Source: the human T2T-CHM13v2.0 reference genome, Homo sapiens
DNA length: 64,000 bases
Assembly (NCBI RefSeq): GCF_009914755.1
Contig: NC_060932.1
Direction: 5' to 3' (one strand)
Shown here: positions 23,949 through 37,342 of the stretch, piece after piece
How the letters are laid out: each line of letters begins with the position of its first letter
Numbering within the stretch: position 1 is the stretch's first letter
Position numbers and translations under genes: made by a program
The notes under the pieces: model-generated
Databases searched by the model: none
Seen by the model: the letters and a program-made list of their open reading frames with translations, nothing else
What the model was told of the DNA's origin: nothing

Positions 23949-25862
23949 ATTACTACAAACTCTAATTAACATAATTATGCCAGATTTTGCCTGGTTTGAT
24001 ACACCGAAGAGTTCCATTCAGGAAATACTACACAATCTAAGTAGTCACTGATTTTTATGATATGGTTTTTTTAATGTTTCAAATGATGTTATAATTTTTT
24101 TTCTTTTTTCCAGAGTATAACATTTTCTCTTATTCATTCTTCACAGTGTTTATTTTCTTAAAAGATATCTCTTAGATGGTTATTAGCTACATTGTTACCA
24201 TGAAACACAATTAATTTTTACTATCAACTTGCAACAAAGCTGGTATACATCACTGGTATTTTCATTATTTGTGTCAATGAAACTTATTTTAAACTAAACT
24301 GACATAGAATGAAATAATTAACATTTAACACATATGCCAAATAAAGTCCATCCTACAAAAAACTAATACCTTATAGGTGCAGAAATAATGGAAGACAAGT
24401 ACAAGAAAATGCTCAAATTTACAGAAAGAGAGGGGATGTCTCTCTGTAATAATTTAAATTTTTTTAATTAAAATTTTCTCAGGCAATAAGATGACAAGAA
24501 TTCATGTCATATTGACTGAGACCAAAAAACCACTGAGGAAGAAAATTATAAATTATCCTTTTTTCACTAAAGTAAACAGGAAGAGTTAAGAGAAAATAAT
24601 AATCAAAAACAATTTTAGTATACCCAATTTAAATCAGATGGAATGTTTAAAACAGAAATGTGTGTGGTTACAAGGACTTTGACATGAAGCTTTAATCTAC
24701 AATAACCTGTACTTCTGTCAATTCTACTTATCAGAAAAAAAGCTTGTTTATTTTAGTGGTAAAAGAGATATTTAAGGACCAGAGAGCCACTCGCTTGTAA
24801 TAAAGAAGTCATTTTTGTCTACTAGATTTCAGTAAAAAAGGAGAGATTTTCATTTTTAATAGGGAGGTACAGACAGAAAAAATGAACATCCTTTCAACAG
24901 TTACAACATAAAAAAGCTAGACAAACTGTAAGTTAGGAACATTTATTGAACCCATCAAAAATGTGATACCAACACATTACTCAAAATCTGGAGAGAGTAT
25001 CACAGAGTGAAACAAAACCTTAGCAATTGCTAAGGTGGGGCAGCAGGGTCACAACATGTAAACTAGTAGGAAGATCAACTTAAGAATTTTTAAGAAGTTG
25101 CTATAGGCTGAGTATGAGCTAATGTGAGAGTATGAGCTAGTGTGAGAAAGAAGTTTAGGGCTGTAAATATAGACATTTGACATCCTCTTGCAGACTATTC
25201 TTCCAGAACCTCACGAGGACTTCATAGGAAGGAATGGGAAGAATCTGAATGAAGCTTTCTACCTGGGGCTTTCCGGGGGAAGATTACAGTAGTTAACTGA
25301 TCTCCATATCTCCTCTACAAAACAATGATCCTAACCTACAAGGGATAAGAGCAAGAAAAACCATTATTTCTGAAACTGAGGGAAACCCATTGCAGCTTAG
25401 GAGGAATACAGAAAAATAAAGGCTCTACTATTGGAGGAAGAACAGAAATATGTGTTAAAATAAGCACAACAGCTTCAGGAGGAGCAAGAGCTCTTCTGAA
25501 GGGCCCATACTCAAGACACAGGGACATAGACGCTGCCTAATAAAGAGGTTTAATCAGAGCCTAAAAGAGTATTTTACTCCCCTGCCATCCCTCCTCACCA
25601 CTAGTCTGATTATCCAGTAAACATAATAATGGGGACTTCCCTTTTCAGCCTGAGATACAAAGAACTGGAATCAGTGTCTCTCCCACAAAGAAAATCTGAA
25701 AAATCCCACTGTCAGAGAAATACTGCACAAGACAACTTAGACCAAAAAGAAAAACTTGGAAAAGAAATTGAATGCAACTCCACTGAAACAAAAAGTGAGA
25801 GCGTCTTGAGCACTGGGGTGAGCTAGTGGAAAGATACTGAACAACATTAGCAGGGAGGTTGG

Positions 25863-26677
25863 TGTCTCAGTCTGCGCAAGCTTCTGTAACAAAATATAGA
25901 GTAAATGGCTTAAACAACAGACATTTGTTTCTCACATTTCTGGAGACTGAGAAATCCAAGATCAAGCTTCCAACTGAATAGATTCCCTCTTCCTGGCTTG
26001 CTAAGGACACTAATCCCATAAAGATGGCCCTGCCCTCTTGACCTCACCTAAGTCTAATTACCTTTTCAAGGCCATTCTTCCAAATAGCATCATATTGGGT
26101 GCATCAACGTTAAAGAACAGCAGAGACAGGCTCTCCAAAGAAAGAGTTTATTTAGGATTATCAGAGGATTGCAATTCAAGATATGCATGGTATGTTTAAA
26201 CCACAGGCACATCCAAGAGGGCTGGAATGAGGAAAAAATATATATATATGTATATATTTAATTAAATATATATATTTAATTAAAGGAGATAAGGAGATCA
26301 GTTCATGTAAGCTGTTTTGAAATAAGGGCCATTGGTTATAGGGGTTTCTTGCAAGAGTTGGCTTTGGCTAATTAGCAGAGGCAGCCACTGTTAGACAAAT
26401 GTCCTTGTGCAAATGGCTTCTCTGGAATACTAAGTTTTTAAGGAGTTCCCTCCATAGTTCTTGTCATAGAGATACATGCATTAATTTATTTTGATAAGTC
26501 CTGTTACAGGCATACTGGCATGACGGTTCCTTCTTTATGGCCTGACAGCTCCATTTTGTTGAGTTTGACGTAAGTGACTTCATTTTGATATTGATACTTT
26601 TTTTTTTGGTAACTTCGACAGCGGTTAGGGTTTCAATATATGAATTTTGGTGGGGACATAAACATTCAGTCCATAAT
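25863..26677 (-). mobile_element. MLT1A-type MaLR LTR split by a MER67-like LTR
   Basis: TGTCTCAGTCTG...GGCTTAAACAACAGACATTT..TTCTCACA.TTCTGGAG.CTG...CATATTGGG | GGTTAGGGTTTCAATATATGAATTT...CATTCAGTCCATA. Confidence 0.8.
26100..26620 (-). mobile_element. MER67-like ERV1 LTR
   Basis: The reverse complement starts TGT.GAAGTT...ATCAAAATGAAGTCACTT..GTCAAAC..AACAAAATGGAGC...GGCCATAAAG, as in MER67. Confidence 0.65.
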
Positions 26678-28404
26678 TTAGTTCATGTAGTTGTCAATCT
26701 GTGTTTGCTAATTGGTGAAGTTAGGCCCCTGACCTTACACAGAGACTGGAAGATGAAGTCTCTCTGTTTCTTGATTTACATTTCAAAGGAATAACTTGAG
26801 AAAGACATTCCTGAGTAGTAAACCAGCAAACAGACTGGGAGAAAAGATTTGTGTCTCAAAGGGAAAGAGAAAGAATTTAAAATAGAAACTTTTCTAATGT
26901 AAAATACTCTAAACATAAGGAGACCAGTAGCCTATAATCAGAAAGAAATCTATCTAAAGTTTATTTAAACTGAGGGAAGAGTTAAGGCCATTTTGGTGAC
27001 TACAAATAAATAAGTTAATTAGCAATAAACTTTCCTTGAACAAATCAGAGAACTGAAGATGCAGAGCAAACTTTAAACCTGAAATCAATCAGGAGAGACA
27101 CAGACTCCTAGAGGGAGAAGAAAGTTGGCTGGATTTGCTCATCAGGGGTGGATCTCCATACAAAGCAGTTAGAAGATTATCATGAGAGCGTGAAGCCCCT
27201 GGGCCCCACAGACATAAGGGTATTCGCATCCTCTTGCAGGCAGAATCTCACCACGTCCTGACTGAGAAGATCAAAGAGATCCCTGAGAAAGCTCATTGTG
27301 TGCTGGCTGGGGGTGGGAAATGACAGCCACATGGAAACCCAGGCAGCAGACCCTTATCTCCACCTCCACTAGGGAAAGGAGACAATCAACAGGGAAAAAA
27401 TATCATCCAAATCTATAGACTGAGGACACTTGGGAGGATAACAGAAGTCACCATGGGAATTTCACTAAGATCCAGCTCCCCTGCCTTCCCTAGGGAAAAC
27501 AAAATCTAATCATTAGGGAGAAGTTTATCGAAACCTATAGCCTGAGGACTTTGGGGAAGGGAACAGAAGCTAGAATGGAAATTTCACACAGACCCAACTT
27601 CCCTATCTATATTATGAAACAGGAAGCTTAATCAGCAGGTGGGAGGTCATCAGAGCTGCAACATGAGGGCACTGGTGGAAAATCCCTGTAGCTGAGAGGG
27701 GCACAGAGGAATTTTTTTTTTTAATAAATAAAATAAAAAGAGAAGAAAATTCAAAAGACAAAAATAAAATAAAATAAAAATAAATAAAGAGCTCTAGCCC
27801 TGGAGTAGAGGCAGAGATACAAGCTAAGTCCAGCATTATATCCAGAGGGAAGGCAGGAACAATTATGATGCTGATGCCTCCAGATCCAGGGTTAAAGAAC
27901 CTGCTTAAACAGCCTTAATGGAACATCCCAGAGCACTTTCTCTTCTCCACCCCATACCACCAAGATGACAAGCCTCCAGTAAAAATAACGGTGAAGTCAG
28001 CTGGGAGAGTTGTAAGTGGGAAGCAGTGCAAAAGGAAGACCCAAGACAAAACACTGAAAAAGAAACAGAGCATTACTAGGAACTTGAATTTTCTGGATAG
28101 CTGAAGATAGTAACTACAGCAACAACAAATTTCAAACCCTGCCAAACTTCTACATAAAATTGCAAACTAATGTCTAACAAAAAGAGGCACTTATATCCAA
28201 ATATGTAATAAAAAAAAGTTCCCAGTATCTATTGCCTATATATTTCTGTCTTTCAACAACAAAGAAAAACTGAGGCATACAAAAAGTAAGAAAATACATA
28301 TTCAGAAGAGACAAGGTAATCACCAGAAATAAAGTCATGTATGAAACAGATGTTGAAACTATCAAACAGAGAATTTAAAATACGCACAGGAAGTCAATAA
28401 AGAG

Positions 28405-28836
<432 letters not shown>

Positions 28837-28977
28837 CTACCCTACCCCCCCACAAAAAAAAAACAAATTACCTACAGGGAAATAAAAATAAGAATTACAG
28901 TAGACCGCTTGTTCAAATCATGCAAGCAAGATGAGAGTAGAATAACATTTTTAAAGTGCTAGAAAAAAAAATAAATA

Positions 28978-29859
28978 CATTAGCCCCCTATTATCCATGG
29001 GGAATATGTTCCAAGACCTCCAGTGAATGCCTAAAACTGAGGACTGTACAGAACACCATATGTACATTTTTTCCTACACATACATAACTATAACAAAGTT
29101 TAATTTATAAATTACACACAGTAAAATAATAACTAATAATAAAATAGGACAAATGTAACAATATTCCAGACCTGGCATGGTGGCTAATGCCTGTAATCCC
29201 AGCACTTTGGGAGAACAACGTGGGATGATCACTTGACCTCAAGAATTCAATACCAGTCCGGGCAACATAGCAAGACTTCGTCTCTATAAATAATAAAAGA
29301 AAAGTTAGCCATGTGTGGTGGCACGCACCTGTTCCAGCTACCTGGGAGGCTGAGGTGTAAGAATCACTTGAGCTCCAGTGGTCGAGGCTACAATGAGTTG
29401 CGATCTTGCCACTGCACTCCAGCCTGTGTGACAGACTAAGAACTCATCTCCAAAACACAAAAACAAACTGAAAAATGACAACAACAACAACAAAAACCAA
29501 TATTCCAGCATCATTACGCTTGTGCTTTGGGGTCTTTATTAATTAAAATAAGGATGATTTGAACAAAAGTATTGAGATGCCATGACAGTCAATCTAATAA
29601 CCAAGATGGCTACTAAGTGACAAATGGGTGGGTAGTGTATTCAGTATGGCTGAGCTCCACAAAAAGGCAATTCTCATGCCAGGCATGGTGGGGCAGGAGG
29701 GTCTGAGATTTCATCGCCTAACTTAGAACAGCCCACAATTTAAAATTTATGAATTATTTCTGAAATTTTCCATTTAATATTTTTGGACCACAGTAGACCA
29801 CAATTTCTGAGGTAATTGAAACCTCAGAAAATTAAACTGTGGATAAGGGAGTAGTACTG
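28978..29859 (+). mobile_element. MER44 (Tigger7-derived) DNA transposon interrupted by AluJ
   Basis: TIR-like ends CATTAGCCCCCTATTATCCATGG and TGTGGATAAGGGAGTAGTACTG, flanked by TA dinucleotides. Confidence 0.85.
29169..29497 (+). mobile_element. AluJ (Jo-like) with a 10-bp TSD
   Basis: Diverged dimer with J diagnostics (GGCAACATAGCAAGAC, GAGGCTACAATGAG). TSD CAATATTCCA (29159-68 and 29498-507). Confidence 0.9.
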
Positions 29860-31614
29860 TAAATAAAATCTACCAAAGCTGACTTCTATGTCTTCTGAAA
29901 GTACCCTGCAAAGGTAAAAGGAAAAAAGAGTTTCTCAGACTAATGAAACTAAGGGATTTATTTCTAGCAAAAACTGTACAAAAAGTGTTAAAGGAAGTTC
30001 CGCAGGCAGGTGAAATATGGTATGTCATATCTTGGATTTAAAATAAAAGAAGAAGTTTAGAAAATGAATATATAAAGGAAACATATTATTTTAAAAATGT
30101 GGAAAGTGTTCTAAAAATATTGCTTAAAGCAATAAGAGTAGCAATGTATTGTGTGTTTTAGCATATGTAAAAGGGCAATGTATGTCAACAATGGTAAAAG
30201 AGAAGTGAGGAATGGGGATGATATTGTTTTAAGGAATTTACTAATAAATCTCCATAAGATTTTCTGAAAGTCAGTTTAGATTCCTTAAAAATTGACATTG
30301 TAAACCACAATGTAGTCATAAAAATATTAAAATAAGAGGAATAAATAATAAATAAATGAAAAGATAAAACTAAATTATAAAAACATTCAGTTAAACCCAT
30401 GGAAGAAAGAAAAAAAGGAAAAATAGAAAAGAGCTAGCAAGATGGTAGATTGTAATCTAATTCTATCCATAATACTTTTAAATGTAAACATTTTAAATAC
30501 ATCAACTAGAAATCAAAATTATCCAACTGAGTAAAAGAGCAAGACCAAACTACATACTACTTACAAGAAACCATTTAAAGACAAGCTTAGTTTATAAGTT
30601 AAAAGCTAGGAAAACATGTCAAACAAACACTAATCAAAAGAGTTGGAATAGTAATATTGATTTCTAAAATATCACACTTTGAACAAGAAATATTATGTGG
30701 AATAAAGATGGACATTATATAATGATGAAGGGGTTAATCATCCCAGGACATGTATGACCTAAATTGCAACGTAAACCACTTTGCCCCAATGGATGCAAAT
30801 AGATGTCACCATCATCATTAGCAGAATAAACATTCTTCTCAAGTGTGAATGAGATATTTACTGCAATAGATTATAGTCTGGACTATAAAACAAACCCTGT
30901 TAAGTTTAAAAGAATACATGTCATAAAGAGTATGTTCTCAGACTACAGCGGAATTAAACTTAAAATCAATAACAGAAAGACAACTGAACAATCTTCAAGT
31001 GCCTGCAAATTAAACAACATGCTTCTAAATAATCTGAGTCCAAAATTAAATTCAAAGAGATCTTATGAAATATTTTGGACTAAATAAAAGTGAAAATTCA
31101 ATGTATTTAATTTTGTGGAAAATTTAATGTAAAAACTGCTTCGAAGGCAGTTTTTTGGGGGGAAAATTACAGCATTAAATGCATGCATTAGGAAAAAAGA
31201 AAATCAAAATCAGAAAACTAAGGTTCCATCTCGGGATACTACAGAAAGATATTAGCAAAGTAATAATTTAACATCCCAGCCTCCGTCCCAACATTCCAGT
31301 GACAGTGACCAGTTACCAGAATAATTTTATTTGCTATTTTTATAAATCACAACTGTAAACCTATGCCTAATCAGCACCCTCCCTCAAAAAATACCTAATA
31401 CTTTTTTCACAGTCATAAACATATTAAATAACAATAAAAATGTCATTTGATTTCAGAATTTCAAATTATAGAAGGCAAGTAGAATTTCTTAGTACAAATT
31501 TAACAACATAGAATATGATTTATTAGAAAAGCTCAAGATTCAAGTTCTCTACTGCTGATGGAGGAAAGGCAAGATCAGATTAAAAATACGGACCTTTCCT
31601 TTTCATCTTTCTTC

Positions 31615-32305
31615 ACATTCATTCCAATGTTATATTTGCCCTTCCATCTTACAAGCAGCCTCTACTAATCTATTTTTAGAGAAGCAGCTGGCCGATATTT
31701 TATGTCTATAGACTCATGAAGTATCTATGGTGTCTCTGGGAAAAAAAAAACATAATTTTTTAAAAAGCATTCTCTAAGTTTGTTTACCAGGTGGCAGCTG
31801 TTTAACAAATCAAAGTTTTGAGATAGAAAAAATGAATTAAGATTTAGAGGTGAACAGTTTTCCAAAAACTAATGATCACAGTCTCATAAGCATTTGGATG
31901 AATTCACAGATATAATATACTGTTTGAAGTTGTCATTCTACAAAAGTTGACATGCTGGGAAATCATGAGCCTCATGCAAGAACATGGAAATTTTCTAAGA
32001 TTATGGCAAATCTTTGGATTGTGTCTAGTTTGTCATTCTACCATCTGTTTAACATGGATTTATTACTGGTTATTGGCTTGGAGTAAGTAATCTTTAAATT
32101 CTCTCTTCAGTTTGAACAGTGATCCATAAAGTTTCATCCATAGAGCCTCTGCAGGACTCCATGACTCAGTCAGCACCATGCTTAATATAAATTCAAAGCA
32201 AAAAAAAACAAAAAAAAGATTTATATCCAGCTGTGGCCAAATTGTAGCTCATAGGTTAAACTTGTCCTTCTGTGACTCCAATATTGCAAAGAGAACAGCT
32301 GTATG
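31615..32305. promoter_or_regulatory. Candidate enhancer (MCAT/TEAD, MEF2, E-boxes, FOX, AP-1)
   Basis: CATTCC 31620, CTATTTTTAG 31670-79, CAGCTG at 31685/31795/32228/32296, CAGGTG 31788, TGTTTAC 31781 and TGACTCA 32162, in apparently non-repeat DNA. Confidence 0.4.
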
Positions 32306-33733
32306 GGCAATGCTACACTTTCCTTATTAACCATGCAGAGATAAAAGCTGCCAGAGAGGAGGTTTCTATCTTAAAATAATGCCTGACTACAGCACTGAGG
32401 TTAATTTACTTAAATTGCAAATCATGCATAGAACATTAGATCCCTTGTAGTCTGATAATAAGATCTAAATTATTGTTGATACTCCCAGAGGGTATCATCC
32501 CTAATGGTCCAAATAGTTACTAAGTTTTAAGATGCTATAATTAAATTACTTTTATATTTTTCCTTTTATATTTTACCCTGTAGTATGCATGCATGTAACA
32601 GCAGGCTTCCATTTGTCCTAAAGCCTGCTATGTAAGTCTGTCTGCATTTGTGGAGGACTGTATCCTTCCTGTACATTTTATTATATTTAGGTGCCCATAT
32701 AATCTCTGAGATTATGAACTCAGATATATTTCTGGACAAAACAATATTGAAAACCAAAGCAAAAATATCAACAGTGACAGAATTATTAGTATATCTGATG
32801 ATAGACCTTTAGTGAAACATATGGAGCTGTAAAAATCAAAGATAGTCAGAGGGTGGTAAGAGGAATGGAAGAGTTTCACATCCAACTATCTATTTGATAG
32901 CGATTTCTACTTGCGGTTTTGAAAAAAATCTCAAGTGTAATATATCCAAAGCAATGCTTCTGATTTTCAAGGTTGAAAATGGTTCCACCAACCCTCATGA
33001 CTCAGGTAATTCCTTATACCCCTACCACAACTTCTTTATAGAGTTTTATTACATCTATCTCTAGCAAAGATTTTGGTTCAGAAAATCTCTGTTGATCTCT
33101 GCTTATATTTTCAGTCACCCAAACCAGCATTATCTGTTATTCCAAACTTGTCTTCATTCTTTCAAGTTATTTTATCTTCCTTGACATTATTTTAAACTTT
33201 TCTAATACATTCTTCACAGAACAATTGGAGTAATTTATGAAAATAAAAACAAAACAAAGACACTAAAAATCTAGTTTCCCCACTAAAAATGTGGCAATGA
33301 CTTATCATTAATAAAATCCAAACTCATTATGGTTTCTGTTTTTCTCTCCAACCTCATCTAATACCACATTTTATTTTTTCCCTACTATATTCCTAAAACT
33401 AGCAGATTGTCTTTTCTTTGAACATGTCAAGAACTTTTTGAATTTAGGGAATTTGCATATTGTTTTCTTTAATTCTCTCATTCTTCCTCTACCTATTTAA
33501 ATGTTGTCTAATTTTTCCTCCTGGTTTATATAACCTAATCTGTTTCCTTCTGAAAATAATACAAACTTTATTCAAACTGGCCTATAAAATTGCAGGATCT
33601 ATTGGCCCCGTGTGCTAAAAGTCGAGATGAAATGCCGACTTCAGGTTTCTTTAATTCGATAGTGTCAGCTCTATTTCTCTGGATTAGCTAAGAGTTACTT
33701 CCCTGAGGTGGCTTTGATCGGTAATTTTCTCAT

Positions 33734-34046
<313 letters not shown>

Positions 34047-34979
34047 TCTCATGTTTATATGTTAAGATTAATTTTTTTAAAAAAATTTCTTCAGAAAAGC
34101 AACCTTATTTTTCAAAATTAGAGTTCACAGTCATCCCTGAATCAACAGCTGTGGAATGGAAAATATTCAGGAGCTGTTTTAATTAGTCTTGTATCACCTG
34201 CCACATTTCTAGGTGCTGTTAGCATCTCTCAAAACAGATAAGTTGTGGTTATGCACATAAAAATCAGTGTAGCTTCCAAATGAGAGAAGTTATCTACAAT
34301 ATCCTCTTCAAGAACTCAGTTCAAACATCATTTTCAAAAATATCATCTGTAATCATACTACCTAAATTAGCTTCCTCCAGTAACTTTCTATCCCATCATT
34401 ACTGATTTTCTTCTGTGTAGTTATCACAATCTATAATAGTATTGCATATTATTTGTTATAATATTATTATTATTTGTTGATTGCTTATATCTTCTACTGC
34501 TATAAAAGGTACATGAAGATAAAGACTTTGTGATGATACTTTTGTTTAATTCCACAACTAGTTCAATGCCTGTATATCTCACACTTGTTAAGAGTATAAT
34601 AATAACAATGTTCTCATTATTATTATTATAACTTTTACATTTAAGATTATACATGCAGGTTTGTTACACAGGTAAACTGTGTGTCTCAAGGGTTTGGTGT
34701 ACAGATTATTTCGTCAACCAGGTAATAAGCACACTACCTCACAGGTAGTTTTTTTTATCCTTTCCTTTCTCCCACCCTCCACCCTCAAGTAATCCCTGGT
34801 GTCTGTTGTTTCTCTCTGTTTCCATGTGTTCTCATTGTTTAGCTCCCACTTATACATGAGAATATGTGATTTGCTTTTCTATTCCTGCTTTAGTTTGCTT
34901 AGGATAATGACCTGCAGCTCTATCTGTGTTTGCTGCAAAGAACATTATCTAGTTATTTTTTGTGGCTGGCTGGTATTCC

Positions 34980-34982
<3 letters not shown>

Positions 34983-35047
<65 letters not shown>

Positions 35048-35112
35048 ATATATGTTTTATTATATATTTATATATATTTTATATATTATATATATGAATG
35101 GATATATATATA
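34983..35112. repeat. (TA)n microsatellite in the L1 3'UTR
   Basis: About 29 pure TA units followed by degenerate AT-rich sequence. Confidence 0.97.
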
Positions 35113-35644
35113 TCACATTTTCTTTATCCAGTGTATTGTTGATGGGCATTTAAGTTGGATCCATGTCTTTGCTATTGCAAATAGTGCTGCAATGAATACA
35201 CATGTGCATGTGCCCTTACGGTAGAAAGATTTCTATTTATATTTCTTTCAGTGTATACCCAATAATGAGATTTCTGGGTCATATGGCAATTCTGTTTTAC
35301 GTTCATTGAGAAATCACCAAACAACTTTCCACAATGGCTGAATTACTTTGTATTTCTACCAGCAATGTATAAACATCCCCTTTTCTCTGCTATCTTGCAA
35401 GCCTCTGTTATTTTTTGACATTTTAGTAATAGCCATTCTGACTGATGTGAGATGGTATTTCATTGTGATTTTGATTTGCATTTATCTAATGGTTAGCAAC
35501 TCTGAGCATGTTTTGTGTGCTTGTTGGCCACAGGTATGTCTTTGCTTGAAGTATCTGTTCATGTCCTTTGCCAGTTATTTAATGGGATTGTTTGGTTTTG
35601 CTGTAAATTTATGTTCCTTATAGCTGCTGTATATAGACCTTTGT

Positions 35645-35730
35645 CAGATGCATACATTGCAGATGTTTTCTCCCATTATGTAACTGTCTGTTTACGGAAT
35701 GGGAGAAAACATCTGCAATGTATGCATCTG
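35645..35730. repeat. Perfect 33-bp inverted repeat with a 20-nt loop
   Basis: 35645-35677 CAGATGCATACATTGCAGATGTTTTCTCCCATT is the exact reverse complement of 35698-35730. Confidence 0.97.
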
Positions 35731-36898
35731 TTGATAGTTCCTTTCCCTGTTAGAAGCTCTTTAGTTTATTTAGGTCTCATTTGTCTATTTTTATTTGTTG
35801 TTGTAATTGCTTTTGGTGTCTACTTCATAAAATCTTTGCCAGTCCTGATATCTAGAATGATATTTCCTAGATTATCTTCCAGGGTTTTTATCGTTTTAGG
35901 TTTTTCATGTAAATCTTTAATCCATTTTGAGTTGATTTTTGTATATGGTGTAAGGGAGGGGTCCAGTTTCAATCTTACGTATATGGCTAGCCAGTTATCC
36001 CAGTACCGTTTATTGAATAGGGATGCCTTTCTACATTGCTTGTTTTCATTGACTTTGTCAAAGATCAGATGATTATAGATGTGTGGAATTATTTCTGGGT
36101 TCTCTATTGTGTTCCATTGGTCTATGTGTTTGTTTTTGCACCAGTTCCATGCTGCTTTGGTTACGGTAGCCTTATAGCATATTTTGAAGTGACTAAATTG
36201 GTTTCAGCTTTTTTCTTTTTGTTTATGATTGCTTTGACTATTAGGGCTCTTTTTTGTTTTATACAAATTTTTAAATTGTTTTTTCTAATTCCATGAAGAA
36301 TGTCATTGGTAGTTTGATAGGAATAGCAATAAGTCTATTAATTGCTTTGGACAACATGACGTTTTTGACTACATTGAGTCTTCTTATCCATGGACATGGA
36401 TTTTTAAAATTTGTTTGTGTCAGTTCTGATTCTTTTGAGTGATGTTTGTAATTCTCAGTGTAGAGATCTTTCACCTCCCTGGTAATCTGTATTCCTGGAT
36501 ATTTTATTATTTTTGTGGCAGTTGTGAATGGGATTGTTCTCAGCTTGGATGTTGTTGGTTTATAGAAATACTACTGATTTTGGTAAATTGATTTTGTATC
36601 CTGAAACTTCGCTGAAGTTGTTTATCACATCAAGAAGATCTGGGGCAGAAACAATGAGGTTTTCTAGGTATAGAATCATATCATCTGCAAACAAGGACAG
36701 TTTGACTCCCTGTCTTCCTATTTGGGTGTCTTATATTTCTTTATCCTGCTTGATTGCTCTAGCCAGGACTTCCAGTACTATGTTGAATAAGAGTGGTGAG
36801 AGAGGGCATCCTTGTCCTGTTCCAATTTTCAAGGGGAGTAATTCCAATTTTTGCCCATTCAGTATGATGTTGACTGTGGGTTTTTCATAAATGGCTCT

Positions 36899-37342
36899 AT
36901 TCATGGCAGCCCTAGGAATCTAACACACCATGTAAAAGTGGATCTGTATCCATCGTTGTTTATGTACAATGGAATGCTACTCAGCCATAAAAAGAATGAA
37001 ATCTTGTCTTTTGCAGCAACATGGATGGGACTAGAGGCCATTATCTTAAGTGAAATAACTCAGAAACAGAAAGTCGAATACTGCATGATCTTAAGTATAG
37101 TTGGGAGCTATATATTGTGCACACACGGACTTAGAGAGTGGAAATACAGACATCAGAGACTCAGATGACTGAGATGGTGGGATGGGGGTCAGGGATGAGA
37201 AATTACTTCGTGAGCACAATGTACACTATTCAGATGATAGTTACACTAAAAGCTCAGGCTTCAACACTACACAATGTATCCAGGTAGCAAAATGGCACTT
37301 GTACTCTCTATATCTATAAAAATATATTTTTATGTATTAAAA
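36899..37342 (+). mobile_element. L1PB-type 3' fragment with about 60 bp of non-L1 leader, inserted in the L1PA15/16
   Basis: 10-bp TSD AAATGGCTCT (36889-98 and 37343-52). L1PB-like 3'UTR ...CACAATGTACACTATTC..TGAT.GTTACACTAAAAGC. Confidence 0.85.

Larger units (their letters stand above)
25710..27004 (-). mobile_element. Old ERV1-type LTR (MER89/MER90/MER110-like, uncertain) split by MLT1A
   Basis: TGTCAGAGAAA... to ...GGCCATTTTGGTGACTACA. The reverse complement reads AAAATGGCCTTAAC..TTCCCTCAG.TT.A.TAAACTTTAGA. No clear TSD. Confidence 0.5.

Noticed and set aside
26237-26283. AT palindrome TATATATTTAATTAAATATATA
   Set aside because: Low-complexity slippage product inside an LTR.
31660-31682. 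TACTAAT...TTTTTAG as a splice acceptor
   Set aside because: The branch point is too close to the AG and no convincing downstream donor follows; it is better read as a MEF2 site.
34799-35224. ORFs with YIYI repeats
   Set aside because: Translation of the (TA)n microsatellite in the L1 3'UTR.
35515-36072. 185-aa hydrophobic ORF
   Set aside because: Antisense frame of the T-rich L1 ORF2 region.
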